A stretch of DNA of 32,000 nucleotides from assembly GCA_018241505.1 (NCBI GenBank), contig JAFEDS010000018.1, positions 52,541 to 84,540 on the forward strand, given 5' to 3'. The stretch comes from Pseudomonadota bacterium. Its GTDB lineage: Bacteria > Pseudomonadota > Gammaproteobacteria > Steroidobacterales > Steroidobacteraceae. The notes under the pieces are model-generated. The model worked only from the letters and a program-made list of their open reading frames with translations. It had not been told where the DNA came from and ran no database searches. The translations under genes were made by a program, and so were the position numbers. This document shows positions 12,221 to 20,681 of this stretch, in pieces (position 1 is the first letter of the stretch; every line of letters starts with the position of its first letter).

Positions 12221-12273
12221 GAGCAGCGCAGCATGGCCGATGGTGCGCCGCGGGAGCCGTGTGCGCCGCTCGA

Positions 12274-14679
12274 CTAGAACAGCTCGCCCTGGCGGCCATC
12301 GCCGACCACCGTGTCGAAGTCGAGCCCGAGCGTCGCCAGGACCGGCTCGGCGACCGGCCGGATCTGTTTGCTCACATAGTGTTCGCGATCCGGCGGATGT
12401 TGAATATTGTCGAGCGGCTCGGGCCCGCCGGTCGTCATTACATACTCGATGACCTTGCGCCCCAGCGACTTGCCGGCGGGTTTGGGCGATTTGCGGGCCG
12501 CGGCCACGTGGGGCGGCGTGGTGGCAGTGTAGGTTTCCGTGCCTTTGCGCAGGCTTTTCCTGTAGACGAGCAGGTTGTCCAGCGCGCCATCACGGACGGT
12601 CCGCACAATGTCGGCCAGATATACCTCGACGGGTTGGTCCGTAAAGAGACGTTGATACAGCTCACGCTGTACCTGTTTGGCGAGCGCGGTCCAGTCGCTG
12701 CGGACCACTTCCATGCCCACAAATTCAACCGTAGCCTTGGCATCGTTGTGCAACAACCCGGCATAGCGTTTGCTCGCGCCGCGGGTGCTGTGCCGTGCGT
12801 GCGGGAGAATCAGCCGCAGATAGGTCTTTTCGAATTCCAGCTCCAGCCGGCTTTGCACCCGCCAGCGCTCCTGGATATAGCTCGTCAGATCCGCATTGAG
12901 CCGAGCCGCCAATTGCGCTCCCTGCTCGGGCGGCGGTGGCTCGAGGCTGCCTGAGCCGACGAACAGGCTGTCCGTGTCGCCATACAGGACGCGATAGCCC
13001 GCATTTTCAAACCACCGTTTCGACCACAGCAGAATCTCTCTGCCTGAGCCTGTGATCGAGTTGGCGAGCGCGGGGTTGTAGAACCGGCACGCGCTGGTGC
13101 CCAGCACGCCATAGAAGGAGTTCATGAGAATTTTGATGGACTGGGCGGCGACCGCGTCGCCGGCCTTTTTCGCCGCCTCGCGGCGCGGGAACAGGTCATC
13201 CAGGAGCCCCGGCAGAATGGCGGGCACCCGCCGGAACGCGCCGCCGGGCGTGTCGATCAGGTCGGCGCCGGGCTCGGGTTCGGCAACATACGCCAACGGG
13301 TCGATATTGAATGTGCGGATGATGTTGGGATACAGGCTCTTGAAGTCGAACACCCAGACATTGCGGTGCAGGCCCGCCAACGGCTCGAGTACGTGGCCGC
13401 CGTGTTGCGCGGCGAAGACGCGCGAATCGTCGGAGCGGACGGTGGGTGCGACAATTGCCCGCCTTTCCAACTCGCTCAGATACACGAAGTCGAACGAGGC
13501 AATGCTTGCGGCAACCCGATCCGGGGTCATGCCCGCCAGTTGGCTGCGTGCGAATGCGAGCCGGATGAGATCCAGCTTGGTGACGATGTCATATGCGAGG
13601 CGCGCATCGGTGCGGGCGTATAGCGCAAAGGCCGGGAGGTCGTGGCGGTAGTTGTGGATGATCTCGGCGACACGATCTTTTGCGTTCGACTCGAGGGCTT
13701 TGCCTTCCCCGACAATCTCGCGTGCAACCGCGTCGAGGGAGTAGTCCTCCATGCGCACGAATGCGCCACGCAGGAGGTCGATGCCGTCGAGCACCAGTCG
13801 GCCCGGGATCGTTGCCTGGCCGCTGCCGAAGTAACCTTCGGCGCGCCTTATGCGCAGCTCGCCGGAATCGCGGCCCAGGACGAATGGGTGGCGCAGGCGG
13901 GTGGCTATGCGTTGCAATACTGTGAAGTCGAAGTCGATTGTGTTCCAGCCGGTAAACACATCCGGATCCAGCTCGCGCACCTTGTCGCAGAAGGCCGTGA
14001 GCGCCGCGCGTTCATCGACACAGCAAATCGCCTTCTGCGGCATAGGGCGCCCACTGCCATCGACAATCAGCACTTCGTCGATGGTGGGTCCGTAGAGGGA
14101 TATCGCCAGCAGACGTTCGGCTTTGGGATCGGTTTCAATGTCGAACGACAGGACACGCGGCTCGATTTTGAGCTGCGTTGGGATCAGCCGAGGGTTGTCG
14201 AATGTCAGGCTGACGGCAGGACCATTGTTGGTTGCGGGGCCTTCGATTATGCAAGCGCCCTTGATGCCGCGTTCGATGAGGTAGCGGATGGGGAAGCGGA
14301 CATCTGCTTCGAAGGTGTCGATGCCTGCTGCGTGAAGTCGGTCGCGGACGGCGGGCACATCCGAGGGGATGGTTACAACCACCCGGGTCACAGGCGCACC
14401 GGAGAAGTCGTGTTTGATTGTGCGCGTTGAGCCGGCACTTGCAGCGAGGCCGGAGGCGCTGGGGCTGATGACGGCGCCTTGGCTCGCGACTATGGCGCTT
14501 GCGCGTGCCACGTCGGTTGAGCGGATGTAGAACTCGGGTTCTTGACGGTCATCGCGGACCAGGAATGTTCCGCCGTCCTCCAGTCGGCCGTAGAGGTGAA
14601 TTACAGGGACTCGACGGCCACCTTCCCGAGTGGCTATGCGGTACGTCGCCTGGAGGATGACGCCTTTGACTTCGGTCAT
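12274..14679 (-). CDS. polB: DNA polymerase II (family B)
   Basis: Exonuclease motif FDIETD. Polymerase motifs DFKSLYPNII, KILMNSFYGVLG, YGDTDSLFV. I prefer the internal start MTEVKGVILQ at 14679, which removes the overlap with the upstream gene. The longest ORF starts at 14751. Confidence 0.92.
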   Translation of the reverse strand: MTEVKGVILQATYRIATREGGRRVPVIHLYGRLEDGGTFLVRDDRQEPEFYIRSTDVARASAIVASQGAVISPSASGLAASAGSTRTIKHDFSGAPVTRVVVTIPSDVPAVRDRLHAAGIDTFEADVRFPIRYLIERGIKGACIIEGPATNNGPAVSLTFDNPRLIPTQLKIEPRVLSFDIETDPKAERLLAISLYGPTIDEVLIVDGSGRPMPQKAICCVDERAALTAFCDKVRELDPDVFTGWNTIDFDFTVLQRIATRLRHPFVLGRDSGELRIRRAEGYFGSGQATIPGRLVLDGIDLLRGAFVRMEDYSLDAVAREIVGEGKALESNAKDRVAEIIHNYRHDLPAFALYARTDARLAYDIVTKLDLIRLAFARSQLAGMTPDRVAASIASFDFVYLSELERRAIVAPTVRSDDSRVFAAQHGGHVLEPLAGLHRNVWVFDFKSLYPNIIRTFNIDPLAYVAEPEPGADLIDTPGGAFRRVPAILPGLLDDLFPRREAAKKAGDAVAAQSIKILMNSFYGVLGTSACRFYNPALANSITGSGREILLWSKRWFENAGYRVLYGDTDSLFVGSGSLEPPPPEQGAQLAARLNADLTSYIQERWRVQSRLELEFEKTYLRLILPHARHSTRGASKRYAGLLHNDAKATVEFVGMEVVRSDWTALAKQVQRELYQRLFTDQPVEVYLADIVRTVRDGALDNLLVYRKSLRKGTETYTATTPPHVAAARKSPKPAGKSLGRKVIEYVMTTGGPEPLDNIQHPPDREHYVSKQIRPVAEPVLATLGLDFDTVVGDGRQGELF

Positions 14680-14686
14680 TGCGCGT

Positions 14687-15436
14687 TCAGAGCCGTACAC
14701 CGAAGTGACGTTGGAGCTCGCGCTGACCGCTCCGCGTGACTTGCAACGCACGGCTGTCGAGATCTTGTGATACCCACTTCCGAGCTAGTGCGACTTTGAG
14801 TAGCTCTGCGCCAAGCGCGCCGCCAATGTGAGGTTTGCGTTCGCTCCAGTCGACGCAACCGTATGCGAAGCGGCGACGGAGCGCGCGGGTAGCTGTGATG
14901 TCGATGCCGAGCGATGCGAGTGCGCGCTCGCCTTCGGGTGTGATGTCGTAGGCGAGTGCGGTTTCGCCGCTGCGTGTCCGGCTGCCGCCGCTCCGCTTGG
15001 CGCTCGTGGCCACGGGCGTCGGGATCAGCCAACCCAATTGTTCGAATCGATCACGTAACGCCACTGCAATCGCCCCAGCCAGGTGGTCGTAGCACGTCCG
15101 GGCCGCGCGCAAACGCAGTGGGGTGTTGGGTGCGAAGCGGTTGTCCGGGCCTACCGCAACAACCATCAGCGCCTCGAGCGCAGCCGCGGTGTGTGCTCCA
15201 TCCAGGCTGTAGTAGCGATGTTTGCCCTGTGCGAGCACTCGCACCAGGCCTCGGTCTTTCAAGTGTGTCAGGTGAACGCTCGCTGTCGAAGGAGAGACCT
15301 CCGCAACAATGGCCAGCTCGGTGCTCGTTCGAGCGTGTCCATCGAGCAGGCAATACAAAATGCGCGCGCGCGCCGGTTCGCCGATTGCCGCCGCAATTCT
15401 CGCTACCGCCTTCTCGGCGGAAAATTCGACATCCAT
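14687..15436 (-). CDS. ArsR-family winged-helix regulator with a C-terminal extension of about 140 aa
   Basis: N-terminal ARARILYCLLDGHARTSTELAIVAEVSPSTASVHLTHLKDRGLV...GKHRYYSL (ArsR/SmtB HTH). The C-terminal part contains CYDHLAG and CVDWSERKPHIGG motifs. Confidence 0.8.
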   Translation of the reverse strand: MDVEFSAEKAVARIAAAIGEPARARILYCLLDGHARTSTELAIVAEVSPSTASVHLTHLKDRGLVRVLAQGKHRYYSLDGAHTAAALEALMVVAVGPDNRFAPNTPLRLRAARTCYDHLAGAIAVALRDRFEQLGWLIPTPVATSAKRSGGSRTRSGETALAYDITPEGERALASLGIDITATRALRRRFAYGCVDWSERKPHIGGALGAELLKVALARKWVSQDLDSRALQVTRSGQRELQRHFGVRL

Positions 15437-15470
15437 GCTTTGATGGTAGACGAATCGTTAGCGCGGCACC

Positions 15471-15935
15471 ATGGCCACAATTTCATACATGTGGAAACGA
15501 CGTGAATTGCTGTATGTCCTGGCGGCCGCCGGCACGGCGAGTGTCACTGGGGTATCGATGGGCACCAATGTGGGGACGGCGGCCGCTGGGGCCCCCAGTA
15601 AAGGGACTACGCCAGTCAGTCCAGGAGCAAACGTGAAGATTGCCTGCTTCATTCGCTATCAGATCGATCCCTTCAAACTGGAGATTTTCCGCAAATATGC
15701 ACAGAACTGGGGTCACATCATTCCCCGCTGCGGGGGCCAGCTCATTGGGTATTTTCTGCCGCACGAGGGCACCAACGATATCGCCTGGGGACTGATTGGC
15801 TTCGAAAATCTGGCAGCTTATGAAACGTACCGCGCACGCTTGAAAGTGGACGCGGAAGCGAAAGAGAACTTCAATCTCGCATTCAACAATCGCGCCGTCC
15901 TCAGGGAGGAGCGGACGTTTGTGGAGCTGGTCTGA
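15471..15935 (+). CDS. NIPSNAP-family protein with a twin-arginine-like N-terminal leader
   Basis: The C-terminal ~100 aa ([21 protein letters not shown]...[32 protein letters not shown]) look like a NIPSNAP/dimeric alpha-beta barrel. The N-terminus [18 protein letters not shown] resembles a Tat signal. The start is 15471 or the ATG at 15489. Confidence 0.72.
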   Translation: MATISYMWKRRELLYVLAAAGTASVTGVSMGTNVGTAAAGAPSKGTTPVSPGANVKIACFIRYQIDPFKLEIFRKYAQNWGHIIPRCGGQLIGYFLPHEGTNDIAWGLIGFENLAAYETYRARLKVDAEAKENFNLAFNNRAVLREERTFVELV

Positions 15936-16836
15936 CGGCGTTTGACCACGGTGGATTGCGAAATGCGTCAGCCAGGAAATCAATGAGGCGCCGCACCTTG
16001 AGCGGCAGAAATTTCCGAGTTGGGTAGACGGCGTGAATGCCCAGCTCAATCGAACGGTACTGCGGCATCAACTCAATCAACGTGCCGCGCCGCAAGTCTT
16101 CGCCAACAATAAAAGTGGGTTGAAGAATGATTCCCTGGTGCTCCAATGCCGCCAGCCGGCAGGTATCGCCATTGTTGGTGTGAATGCACGCGTTGACGTG
16201 CACACTGACGGGTCCATTCGGCCCGGTGAATTCCCACTCGTCGCGGCTGGTCCAGTAGGTATACGACACCGCGCGATGCGCCGCGAGATCGCTCGGGTGC
16301 ATCGGTGTGCCGTGTTTCTCGACATACGTCGGAGACGCACATAGAACCATTCTGGTGGATGCGAGCCTCCGGCTGACCAACATGGGGTTGGTCATTGCCG
16401 TGATGCGAATAGCCAGATCGTATCCCTCATCGACCAGGTCGACGACCCGATCGCCGAGGGTCACATCCAGGGCCACTTTCGGGTACATGTCGGCAAACTG
16501 ACCCCACAGCGGCGCGAGGTGAAGGACACCGAACGTCAATGGTGCGTTGACCCGCAGAACGCCGCTCGGTGCACCGCTTTGTGCGGTGATCTCCGACTCA
16601 GCCTCTTCAACAGAAGCGAGTAACTCCCGACAACGGGCGTAAAACGCTTGGCCTTGAGCCGTCAGGGACAGGCGTCGCGTGGTGCGATGGAGCAGGCGCA
16701 CGCCGAGCCTGTGTTCGAGGTCGTTCAAATGGCGTGAGACGGCCGCTTTAGAAAGACCACTCGCATCGGCAGCACCAATGAAGCTGCCCGCATCCACGAC
16801 GGCTACGAAGCTCGCCATCTCCTGAAATCGATCCAT
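15901..16836 (-). CDS. LysR-family transcriptional regulator
   Basis: N-terminal [57 protein letters not shown], followed by a LysR substrate-binding domain. It is divergent from the dioxygenase gene. Confidence 0.9.
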   Translation of the reverse strand: MDRFQEMASFVAVVDAGSFIGAADASGLSKAAVSRHLNDLEHRLGVRLLHRTTRRLSLTAQGQAFYARCRELLASVEEAESEITAQSGAPSGVLRVNAPLTFGVLHLAPLWGQFADMYPKVALDVTLGDRVVDLVDEGYDLAIRITAMTNPMLVSRRLASTRMVLCASPTYVEKHGTPMHPSDLAAHRAVSYTYWTSRDEWEFTGPNGPVSVHVNACIHTNNGDTCRLAALEHQGIILQPTFIVGEDLRRGTLIELMPQYRSIELGIHAVYPTRKFLPLKVRRLIDFLADAFRNPPWSNAVRPAPQTSAPP

Positions 16837-16845
16837 TCGCTCATT

Positions 16846-16862
16846 GTCTCGGAAAACGAGAC
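16846..16862. promoter_or_regulatory. Perfect inverted repeat GTCTCG-N5-CGAGAC in a LysR/ygiD divergent promoter region (candidate LysR operator)
   Basis: GTCTCGgaaaaCGAGAC lies 10 bp upstream of the LysR start codon (16836), within the 82-bp divergent spacer. The function is inferred only. Confidence 0.3.
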
Positions 16863-16918
16863 GATTCGTCCAGATTTCCCGTGTTTATCCCAGTTCGCGT
16901 TGCCAATAGAGTGACGGG

Positions 16919-17716
16919 ATGACACCCGCACCCGTTTTGTTCATATCTCACGGCGCCCCCACCTTCGCGCTCGAGCCGGGCCGGCTCGGAGCCAATCTTG
17001 GCAAGCTGGGGAGCCGCCTGCCGGATGTCCGGGCAGTCCTGGTGGTGTCGGCTCACTGGCAGAGCCGGGGCGTGCAGGTGAGCACCGCGCGCGAACCCGA
17101 GACCATTCATGATTTTGGCGGTTTTGCGGCTGAGCTGTATCGACTGCAATACCCAGCCCTTGGCGCGCCCGAAGTCGCGGTACGAGCAGGGCAACTGCTG
17201 GCGGCGCAAGGGTTCACGGCGAGCGAAGACAGCCAGAGGGGCCTCGATCACGGTGCATGGGTTCCGCTATTGCACTTGTTTCCGGACGCAAGAGTCCCTG
17301 CGTTTCAGGTGTCGATGCCGTACGACCTCAATACCGTGGAGGCGTGGCGACTGGGTCGAGCGCTGGGACCGCTGCGCGATGCGGGGGTCCTCATCGTTGG
17401 CTCGGGCAGTCTTACTCACAACCTGTACGAAGTTCGGCAAAACGGCTCTCAGGGCGAGCCGTACGCCCGCGAGTTTGCAGCGTGGATCCGTGACGCTGTG
17501 GTGAAGTACGATGCGGATCGATTGATTCGGTATCGTGCCGCGGGGATGGCGCCCCACGCTGAACGCGCGCATCCGACCGAGGAACATTTCCTGCCGCTGT
17601 TGGTTGCTCTAGGCGCCAGCACCGCCGGAGACGCGACGCCTGACGTCATCGAAGGCGATATGACGTACGGGGTTCTCTCCATGGAATCATACTCATGGGG
17701 TATGCCTCCGGCGTAA
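16919..17716 (+). CDS. ygiD: Class III extradiol ring-cleavage dioxygenase, 4,5-DOPA dioxygenase (YgiD) type
   Basis: 265 aa. Motifs FISHGAP, VVSAHW, GSGSLTHNL and EEHFLPLLVALGA are typical of the LigB/YgiD family. Confidence 0.82.
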   Translation: MTPAPVLFISHGAPTFALEPGRLGANLGKLGSRLPDVRAVLVVSAHWQSRGVQVSTAREPETIHDFGGFAAELYRLQYPALGAPEVAVRAGQLLAAQGFTASEDSQRGLDHGAWVPLLHLFPDARVPAFQVSMPYDLNTVEAWRLGRALGPLRDAGVLIVGSGSLTHNLYEVRQNGSQGEPYAREFAAWIRDAVVKYDADRLIRYRAAGMAPHAERAHPTEEHFLPLLVALGASTAGDATPDVIEGDMTYGVLSMESYSWGMPPA

Positions 17717-17751
17717 ACTGCTGTGCATCCCGGTTTGTTCGGAGACAGCGC

Positions 17752-18330
17752 ATGAAATTGGTTCGTTCAGTCCTTGCCTTGGTTGTATTGCTCACCATGA
17801 GCGGCGTCGCGTCCGCGAATAAGTACGTCGACACCATTGAGTTGTTCAAGAAAGCCGGGGAGAGCGCGAATTTCTTCAGCACCGCCTACGGGTATGCCGT
17901 GTTTCCAACCATCGGTAAGGGTGGTTTTGTCGTTGGCGGTGCGCATGGCACTGGGCATGTGTACGAGAAGGGGAAGTACATCGGCAATACGAGCGTGACC
18001 CAGATCAGCGTGGGATTTCAGGCGGGCGGTCAGGCGTACAGCCAGATCGTATTCTTTGAGGACAAACGGGCACTCGACGAATTCACCAACGGCAATTTTG
18101 AGTTTGAAGCGGGTGTGAGCGCTGTAGCGATCACCGCTGCTGCCAGCGGCGCTGCCGGAACGTCCGGCGCCAGCGCCACCGCCAGTGGTGGAAAGAAGGA
18201 CGCGAAAACTGTGGGTAGCTCCTACTACAAGGGAATGGCCGTTTTCACGATCGTGAAGGGTGGCGCCATGTACCAGGCGACCGTGGCGGGGCAGAAGTTC
18301 ACGTTTGACGCGGCGAAGGAAGACAAGTAG
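17752..18330 (+). CDS. Secreted SYLF (Ysc84/DUF500) domain protein
   Basis: Signal peptide MKLVRSVLALVVLLTMSGVASA begins at the internal ATG 17752, preceded by GGAGA at 17741-17745. SYLF-like core: FPTIGKGGFVVGGAHGTGHVY...VGFQAGGQAYSQIVFF...FEFEAGVSAVA. The longest ORF starts at 17695 and overlaps ygiD. Confidence 0.75.
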   Translation: MKLVRSVLALVVLLTMSGVASANKYVDTIELFKKAGESANFFSTAYGYAVFPTIGKGGFVVGGAHGTGHVYEKGKYIGNTSVTQISVGFQAGGQAYSQIVFFEDKRALDEFTNGNFEFEAGVSAVAITAAASGAAGTSGASATASGGKKDAKTVGSSYYKGMAVFTIVKGGAMYQATVAGQKFTFDAAKEDK

Positions 18331-18358
18331 CCATCGACAGATTGCCGTTCGCGCGGTC

Positions 18359-18415
18359 GCGGCGTGCGGCCTGCGGCGTGCGGTACCGCGGCGTGTGGTA
18401 CCGCGGGGTTGGCCC
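18359..18415. repeat. Short tandem repeat of a 14-15 bp GC-rich unit (about 3.8 copies) carrying GGTACC/CCGCGG palindromes
   Basis: Read directly from the sequence: GCGGCGTGCGGCCT / GCGGCGTGCGGTACC / GCGGCGTGTGGTACC / GCGGGGTTGGCCC. It lies in the 134-bp spacer between the convergent SYLF and slt genes. Confidence 0.6.
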
Positions 18416-18464
18416 GGGGCGTTTGATTCCGCGGCGGCGCTGATGCGCGTGTGCGGCCGCGCCT

Positions 18465-20609
18465 TTACTTCGTTGAGGGCGCCGCCCGCGCGGAAACTGT
18501 CGTCGGGGTAATCGGCGGCAGTAACGTCGCAAGACGGGGCGGTTCTGCGTCGCGCACCCAGGCAAACGCGACGATGTGCTCGATAATTCGCTGCACGTAG
18601 TTGCGCGTTTCGCCGTACGGAATATTCTCAATCCACACGTCGGCGTCCATCGAGCGCGTGGGTGCCCAACGAGCGACCGGGATTGCTCCAGCGTTGTACG
18701 CAGCCAGCGTCAATCCTAGTTGCCCGTACTTATCTAGCAGATCCCGCAGATGGGCTGCTCCTCGCTGCACGTCCATCGGTGGATCGAACGTCCCATCTTT
18801 GTCTGGCAGCGGGAGGTGCCAGCGCTTCGCGACGGCTGCTGCTGTGCTTGGCGTCATTTGCATGAGGCCGCGAGCACCCGCACGGGAGACGGCGTCATCG
18901 CGGAATAGGCTTTCCTGTCGCATCACCGCGAGGATCCAGTCCGACGGTACTTGTGTCAGTTTGCTCGCTTCCGCGACCGCCGATGTGTAAGGCCGCGGAT
19001 ACCGCAATCGAACGTCATCGAACTCGCCCACTTGGGCCAGCGTCACTATCGACTGCGAATACCAACCCCAGCGCGCGGCCAAGTGCGCTGCCTGGAGTTT
19101 CACTGCATTGTCGGACGCGCTGAACGTTACGGCCCATTCCAGCATCGCGTCGTCGTTCAGGTCGCAATCAAATAATGCGTGTGCACGAATTAATCCGGGC
19201 TGTGACGCCATCGCCTTCTGTAAGGTCTCATCATCGAATGACGCCTTGGCATTCAAGACGTACTCGCGGTGTATACGATCCGCCGCCAGGTAACCGTAGA
19301 AATCTCGCAGATCAGACAATGCTGCGTAGAGCGGAGCGGCTGCCTCACTTCCCTGGGTAGCGGCGACGGCTCGGGCGCGCCAGTAGCGCCATCGTGGCTG
19401 GGTCGCCTGCGTCGGTGGCATCGTGTCGAGCCACGTGAGCGCCTTCTGCCAATCACCAGCCCACAACGCTGCACGCACGCGCCACTCGCGGACGTCGTTA
19501 TCGACTGAGCTCTCAGGCAGAAGATCAAACGCTGCAATCGCCGCCGAATCGCGTCCATACGCTGCGCCCATCGCAGCTATGCGCTGCAATTTTGCCTGCA
19601 ACGTTGGCGTCATGTCGGGCCGCGCGAGCAACTTCGGGAGCAATGCGAGTGCGGTCGTCGAGTCGGCCCGCGCTAGGTGGTCGAATCCGCCCGAAAGCGC
19701 CGCCGGTTCGACCGGAGTCATTGGAGTGGAGGCGAGGGTAGTGAGCGCAGCCTTGGATGAGTCCAATAGTTGCGCCCACTGTAAGAGGGGTGCAGCACGG
19801 TCGGGAGGCACATCAACCGCAAATTCGCGCGCGAGCTTTGCGTTGTCGGCAGCGAGAGCAGCGCGTGTGCGAGTTTCAGCAAGCGCTGGCGTGATCGCGC
19901 CCTGTTGGCGCAACCAAGTGAACGGAAGGTCACACTCGGGTGGTTGCTTTTGCGCGAGGCTCCAGCGAGTGAGGGTCTCAGCGGCGATGTCTTGGGCGGT
20001 CGCGCTGGCCTGCGCTGCGACGCCTTGCGAAGGCGCGACGCGCGAGTTGCTCGATGCCGCTGCTGCGTCCGGCGTCGGTTGGCCGGGCGGTGCGCTCGCC
20101 ATTGCCCCTGGCGCGCTTGCGCCCGCACCCGCACCCCCACTCGGCAAATTCGCCAACGCGGCAATCTTCCCCTGCAGCCGGTAGCAAATCAGCGACGGCG
20201 TCGAAACCTCAGTGGCGCGCGGCATGAACCAATCCCACTTGCGGCGCGCGGCGAGGCTGGTCAACCAATCATTACGCAGATTGCGCGCTACCGGCGCCCC
20301 CGCATGCGCTTCAAGGAAAGCGCTGATCGCAGCGTCGAGATCGTCGCTGGGCTTCAGTTCGAGGTCGCGGCGCAAGCGTGCGGCAAGCAGGTAGTCGTAA
20401 ATCACATATGCCTGCAGAGCCGCTGAGTCCGGTTGATCCGGTTGATGCTGGCGTATGCGTTCGATGGCCGCTTTGAATTCGGCCTGAACGGCCGCTTCGT
20501 TCAGCTTTGAAGCGGCGGCTTTGGGCGCGGATTTGCCGCCCACCAGCAAGGGCGAGGCGGCCAACATGAATGAAGCGGCGAGCAGACCGTAACGGACAAA
20601 TCTCAACAT
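18465..20609 (-). CDS. slt: Soluble lytic murein transglycosylase (Slt70-like)
   Basis: Signal peptide, a long helical-repeat N-terminal region, and a C-terminal SLT catalytic domain ILAVMRQESLFRDDAVSRAGARGLMQMTPSTA...AAYNAG. Confidence 0.88.
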   Translation of the reverse strand: MLRFVRYGLLAASFMLAASPLLVGGKSAPKAAASKLNEAAVQAEFKAAIERIRQHQPDQPDSAALQAYVIYDYLLAARLRRDLELKPSDDLDAAISAFLEAHAGAPVARNLRNDWLTSLAARRKWDWFMPRATEVSTPSLICYRLQGKIAALANLPSGGAGAGASAPGAMASAPPGQPTPDAAAASSNSRVAPSQGVAAQASATAQDIAAETLTRWSLAQKQPPECDLPFTWLRQQGAITPALAETRTRAALAADNAKLAREFAVDVPPDRAAPLLQWAQLLDSSKAALTTLASTPMTPVEPAALSGGFDHLARADSTTALALLPKLLARPDMTPTLQAKLQRIAAMGAAYGRDSAAIAAFDLLPESSVDNDVREWRVRAALWAGDWQKALTWLDTMPPTQATQPRWRYWRARAVAATQGSEAAAPLYAALSDLRDFYGYLAADRIHREYVLNAKASFDDETLQKAMASQPGLIRAHALFDCDLNDDAMLEWAVTFSASDNAVKLQAAHLAARWGWYSQSIVTLAQVGEFDDVRLRYPRPYTSAVAEASKLTQVPSDWILAVMRQESLFRDDAVSRAGARGLMQMTPSTAAAVAKRWHLPLPDKDGTFDPPMDVQRGAAHLRDLLDKYGQLGLTLAAYNAGAIPVARWAPTRSMDADVWIENIPYGETRNYVQRIIEHIVAFAWVRDAEPPRLATLLPPITPTTVSARAAPSTK

Positions 20610-20681
20610 GTCCCACAGTTTACACTGCGAGCGGCCCTCGCGCTCCCGCTCAGACCGCCGGCCCGGCTCAATAGGACTGCC

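Noticed and set aside
15040-15048. GTTCGAATC, resembling a tRNA T-loop
   Set aside because: It lies inside the ArsR-like coding sequence. No acceptor or anticodon stem complementarity surrounds it, and no intergenic space in the window is large enough for a tRNA.
14680-15470. LexA/SOS box (CTGT-N8-ACAG type) controlling polB
   Set aside because: No such motif was seen by eye at the ArsR-polB junction or in the 34-bp spacer upstream of the ArsR-like gene. This absence is reported as part of a finding, and it needs a proper matrix scan.
18359-18415. Possible CRISPR array
   Set aside because: The units are 14-15 bp and directly abutting with no spacers. There are under four copies and no cas genes nearby. 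It is a simple tandem repeat.
19423-20184. 253-aa plus-strand ORF and neighbouring ORFs inside the slt region
   Set aside because: They are antisense to the Slt70-like gene. They are Ala/Arg/Ser-rich low-complexity translations with no support.
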